In this document: positions 61,667-64,000 of the stretch, one piece after another
Position numbering within the stretch: position 1 is the stretch's first letter
Layout of the letters: every line of letters begins with the position of its first letter
Source: Atractiella rhizophila
Lineage: Eukaryota
DNA: 64,000 nucleotides
Assembly: GCA_021432655.1 (NCBI GenBank)
Contig: MU271186.1
Span: forward strand, 1-64,000
Direction: 5' to 3'
Translations under genes and position numbers: made by a program
Notes under the pieces: generated by a model
What the model saw: only the letters and a program-made list of their open reading frames with translations
What the model was told of the DNA's origin: nothing
The model's database searches: none

Positions 61667-62942
61667 ATCTAGCCGGTCCAGCTCCTAGGCAACTACTCCA
61701 CGCTCGACTTAAGAACAGCTTGATTTGCAAGTGGTGGGTTGCCGAAACTTGAAACTTCAAGGTGCATTATGGGTATGCTGACGGTCAGGAGATTTAGGAG
61801 CTTGAATCGCGGAACAACCTGAAGAAGTCAGACACACGAAGAACTCGACATGCAAACCTCAGGTAGCCCTCAATGGAAGGATGAAACCGCTGTACCCGAC
61901 TACCCAACGTTGGGAAAACACATTGATGCGCTCCAAGCGGCAAAGAAGCTTGTTCTGGAGGAGATCGACTCGAAGGAAGGATGGGAATGATCGCGACAAG
62001 GTCTATATTTCACCAGTGGCTTGGTGTGAAGGAGTTTGGATGGGTCCAAAGGATCATCATCATGTTTTAAAATAACTTTTGAGAAATCGTCCAACGAAGC
62101 TGCTCTCATGCTGGCCACCAACTCATCTCTGGCCAGCATTGCTTGATGCATGCGCACATCGTGGACTTCGACCATGGCCATTTCGCGTAGAATGAAGGTG
62201 GGCACGAAATTGTGCCCTCTTGACAGTGAAAGAGGCACAGAGGGGATGTTGGCTGTTTCATCAGACCAAAAGCCATCTTCAGCCGTTCAAATGGGCCAGG
62301 GCAATAATGTTCGAGGTTGCTCCGAACTCTAACGAACGTGCGGACTTGCCAAAACCGTCGATCCAAAATCGTCGAAATCACACAAACCCCAAAAGCGCAA
62401 TGTGATGCCGTTATTAAAATGGAGTTTAGCTTGGTTACTTCCTTGCAAACCGTTACAAACAGATCATTGGAACCGGCAACTGGCGGCGATTACCAAAGTC
62501 AAAGTCACATTACTGCGCACGGTGAAAACGGCAATCACAACATCCTCTGTTGCGTGCTGTTGTTGACTGTACTTCTTTGGAGCCGGCTTCCTGATTGCCC
62601 GTTTGGGTCCATGTCTAGACGGTCCAGTTCGAGTCCAGACAACCTCGACTTGAGAACAGTTTGATTTGCAAGCGGTGGGTGTTCACTGCACGTCGAAACT
62701 TGAAACTTCAGGGTGCATTAGGGGTATGTTTGTGCTGACGGTCAGGAGATGCAGGAGCTTGAATCGCGGAGAATAACCTGAAGTCAGAGACGAAGAAACT
62801 CAACATGCAAACCTCAGGTAGCCCTCAATGGAAGGATGAAACCGCTGTGCCCGACTATCCAATGTTGGGAAAGCACATTGATGCGCTCCAAGCGGCAAAG
62901 AAGCTTGTTCTGGAGGAGATCGACTCGAAGGAAGGATGGGAA
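61040..62942. repeat. Tandem duplication of about 950 bp (61040-61987, 61987-62942) covering a divergent promoter and both gene 5' ends
   Basis: Offset 947 at the start; one shared A at 61987; several indels in the middle. Creates fragments of the START gene (61850-61987, +) and the TF-like gene (61988-62612, -). Confidence 0.95.
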
Positions 62943-64000
62943 GGTATCATTCTGGTTCCTCCTACTCTTTGCTCAAAATCTGACTTATTCCACCACACAG
63001 ATCAGGGTGAGCGCGATGGTGTTCACTATTACAGAAAGGACGATCCTACGGACGCATACGCTGTTCCGTTCGTCAAAGGAGTCTGTGAAGTGCGTCTGTT
63101 CCCATTCAAACCGCTAAGCGCTCAAGTTTGTGTGCCAAAGGTGCCGGATTGCACTACAGACGACTATTTGGCCGTTCTACAGTTGGAGGGGATGAGGAAG
63201 ACGTGGGATGATCGTCTTGAAGAGGGCAAGATGGTCGAGCGGTTTGTCCTTCGCTTCTGAAGCACAATTCTATAATGTCGATCATCGATTCATTAGCTAT
63301 CGACTTCGCTCCTTTGCCTTTTATTCCGTCATGAAAGGCTTTGGATGGCTGGTTTGGCCACGAGATATCTTTGGTGCCCAAATCGTCGAACGGGAGGGGC
63401 CGAATGGACGTATTCATGTCATCCAAACCTCTGTCATCGACAAAGAGACACTACCAGAGCAAAGTGGGAAACAGCGAGCCGATCTTAAAGGAGCACTTTG
63501 GCGATTAACGTACGTTCCACCATCACGAAATCACGACACGTTTGACATCATTTGTATTAGTCCCAATGGATCCGGTATAACCGTTGAATACCTCGTTAGG
63601 ATTAGTTTGGGTGGGAGCTTGCCGACAGCGATAGTTTCTCAGCTCGCGAATGAGTTGCCAGGATGTACTGGTCGAGCCGTGCGTCTTCTACCCTTCTGCT
63701 AGCACGAATTGTAAACCTCTTTCATCTTCAGAAAAACACCTTGGCTAAGTGTTAGTTATTCTCGATTCTCCGTGTTGGATCAGAAACACAGCTGAATCTG
63801 CGTTGCAGTTGGACATGCACCTTATGCTCGTGCCGTTGGAGGTGAAGAGAAAGAGTTGGACGTAATCTTCAATGCTGGTACGTTTCTGTAAACACTGAAT
63901 CCAAAGGCTTTTCTCACTGTTGGGGTCATCAAAGAGAGAATTACGACTCCCGATCCAACGAAAGGTTCCGATAGTCGTCACTGGGTCTCTATCTGCAAAG
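62805..64000 (+). CDS. START/Bet v1-like lipid-binding domain protein; runs off the window end
   Basis: EGWE-DQGERDGV, PFVKG, RKTWDDRLE, WPRDIFGAQ, TSVID, RADLKGALW, VEYLVRISLGGSLP, then GHAPY. Confidence 0.85.

Noticed and set aside
52076..62942. RIP-like mutation in duplicated copies
   Set aside because: Differences include transversions and indels and run in both directions; no one-sided C-to-T pattern by eye.
1..64000. tRNA, rRNA, CRISPR arrays, transposase or reverse transcriptase ORFs
   Set aside because: None recognised; any enzyme responsible for the duplications would be encoded elsewhere.

Overview
Gene-dense eukaryotic DNA with many ~45-55 nt GT-AG introns, consistent with a basidiomycete fungus (inferred from gene content and intron style). 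About 25 intron-containing genes: MOCS1/cnxABC, a cyclase-family protein, DUS4, a golgin-like coiled-coil protein, LTV1, NSE2, an SH3 membrane protein, ESS2, an INO4-like bHLH, translin, SWD1, three ERG24-family genes, ARMH3, BUD22, an FHA kinase, BST1, a TF-like gene and a START-domain gene. Three things stand out. (1) Six head-to-tail duplications of 35 bp to 2.8 kb all have adenine at the junction on the + strand; in four of them it is untemplated, including one 25-A run. (2) All six distinct long introns I found (181-487 nt) contain extensive base pairing that would collapse most of them to roughly the normal intron span. (3) The MoaA stop codon doubles as an alternative 3' splice site, switching between MoaA ending in Gly-Gly and a MoaA-MoaC fusion. 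Gene models, splice sites and RNA pairings were read by eye, with no alignments or folding calculations.
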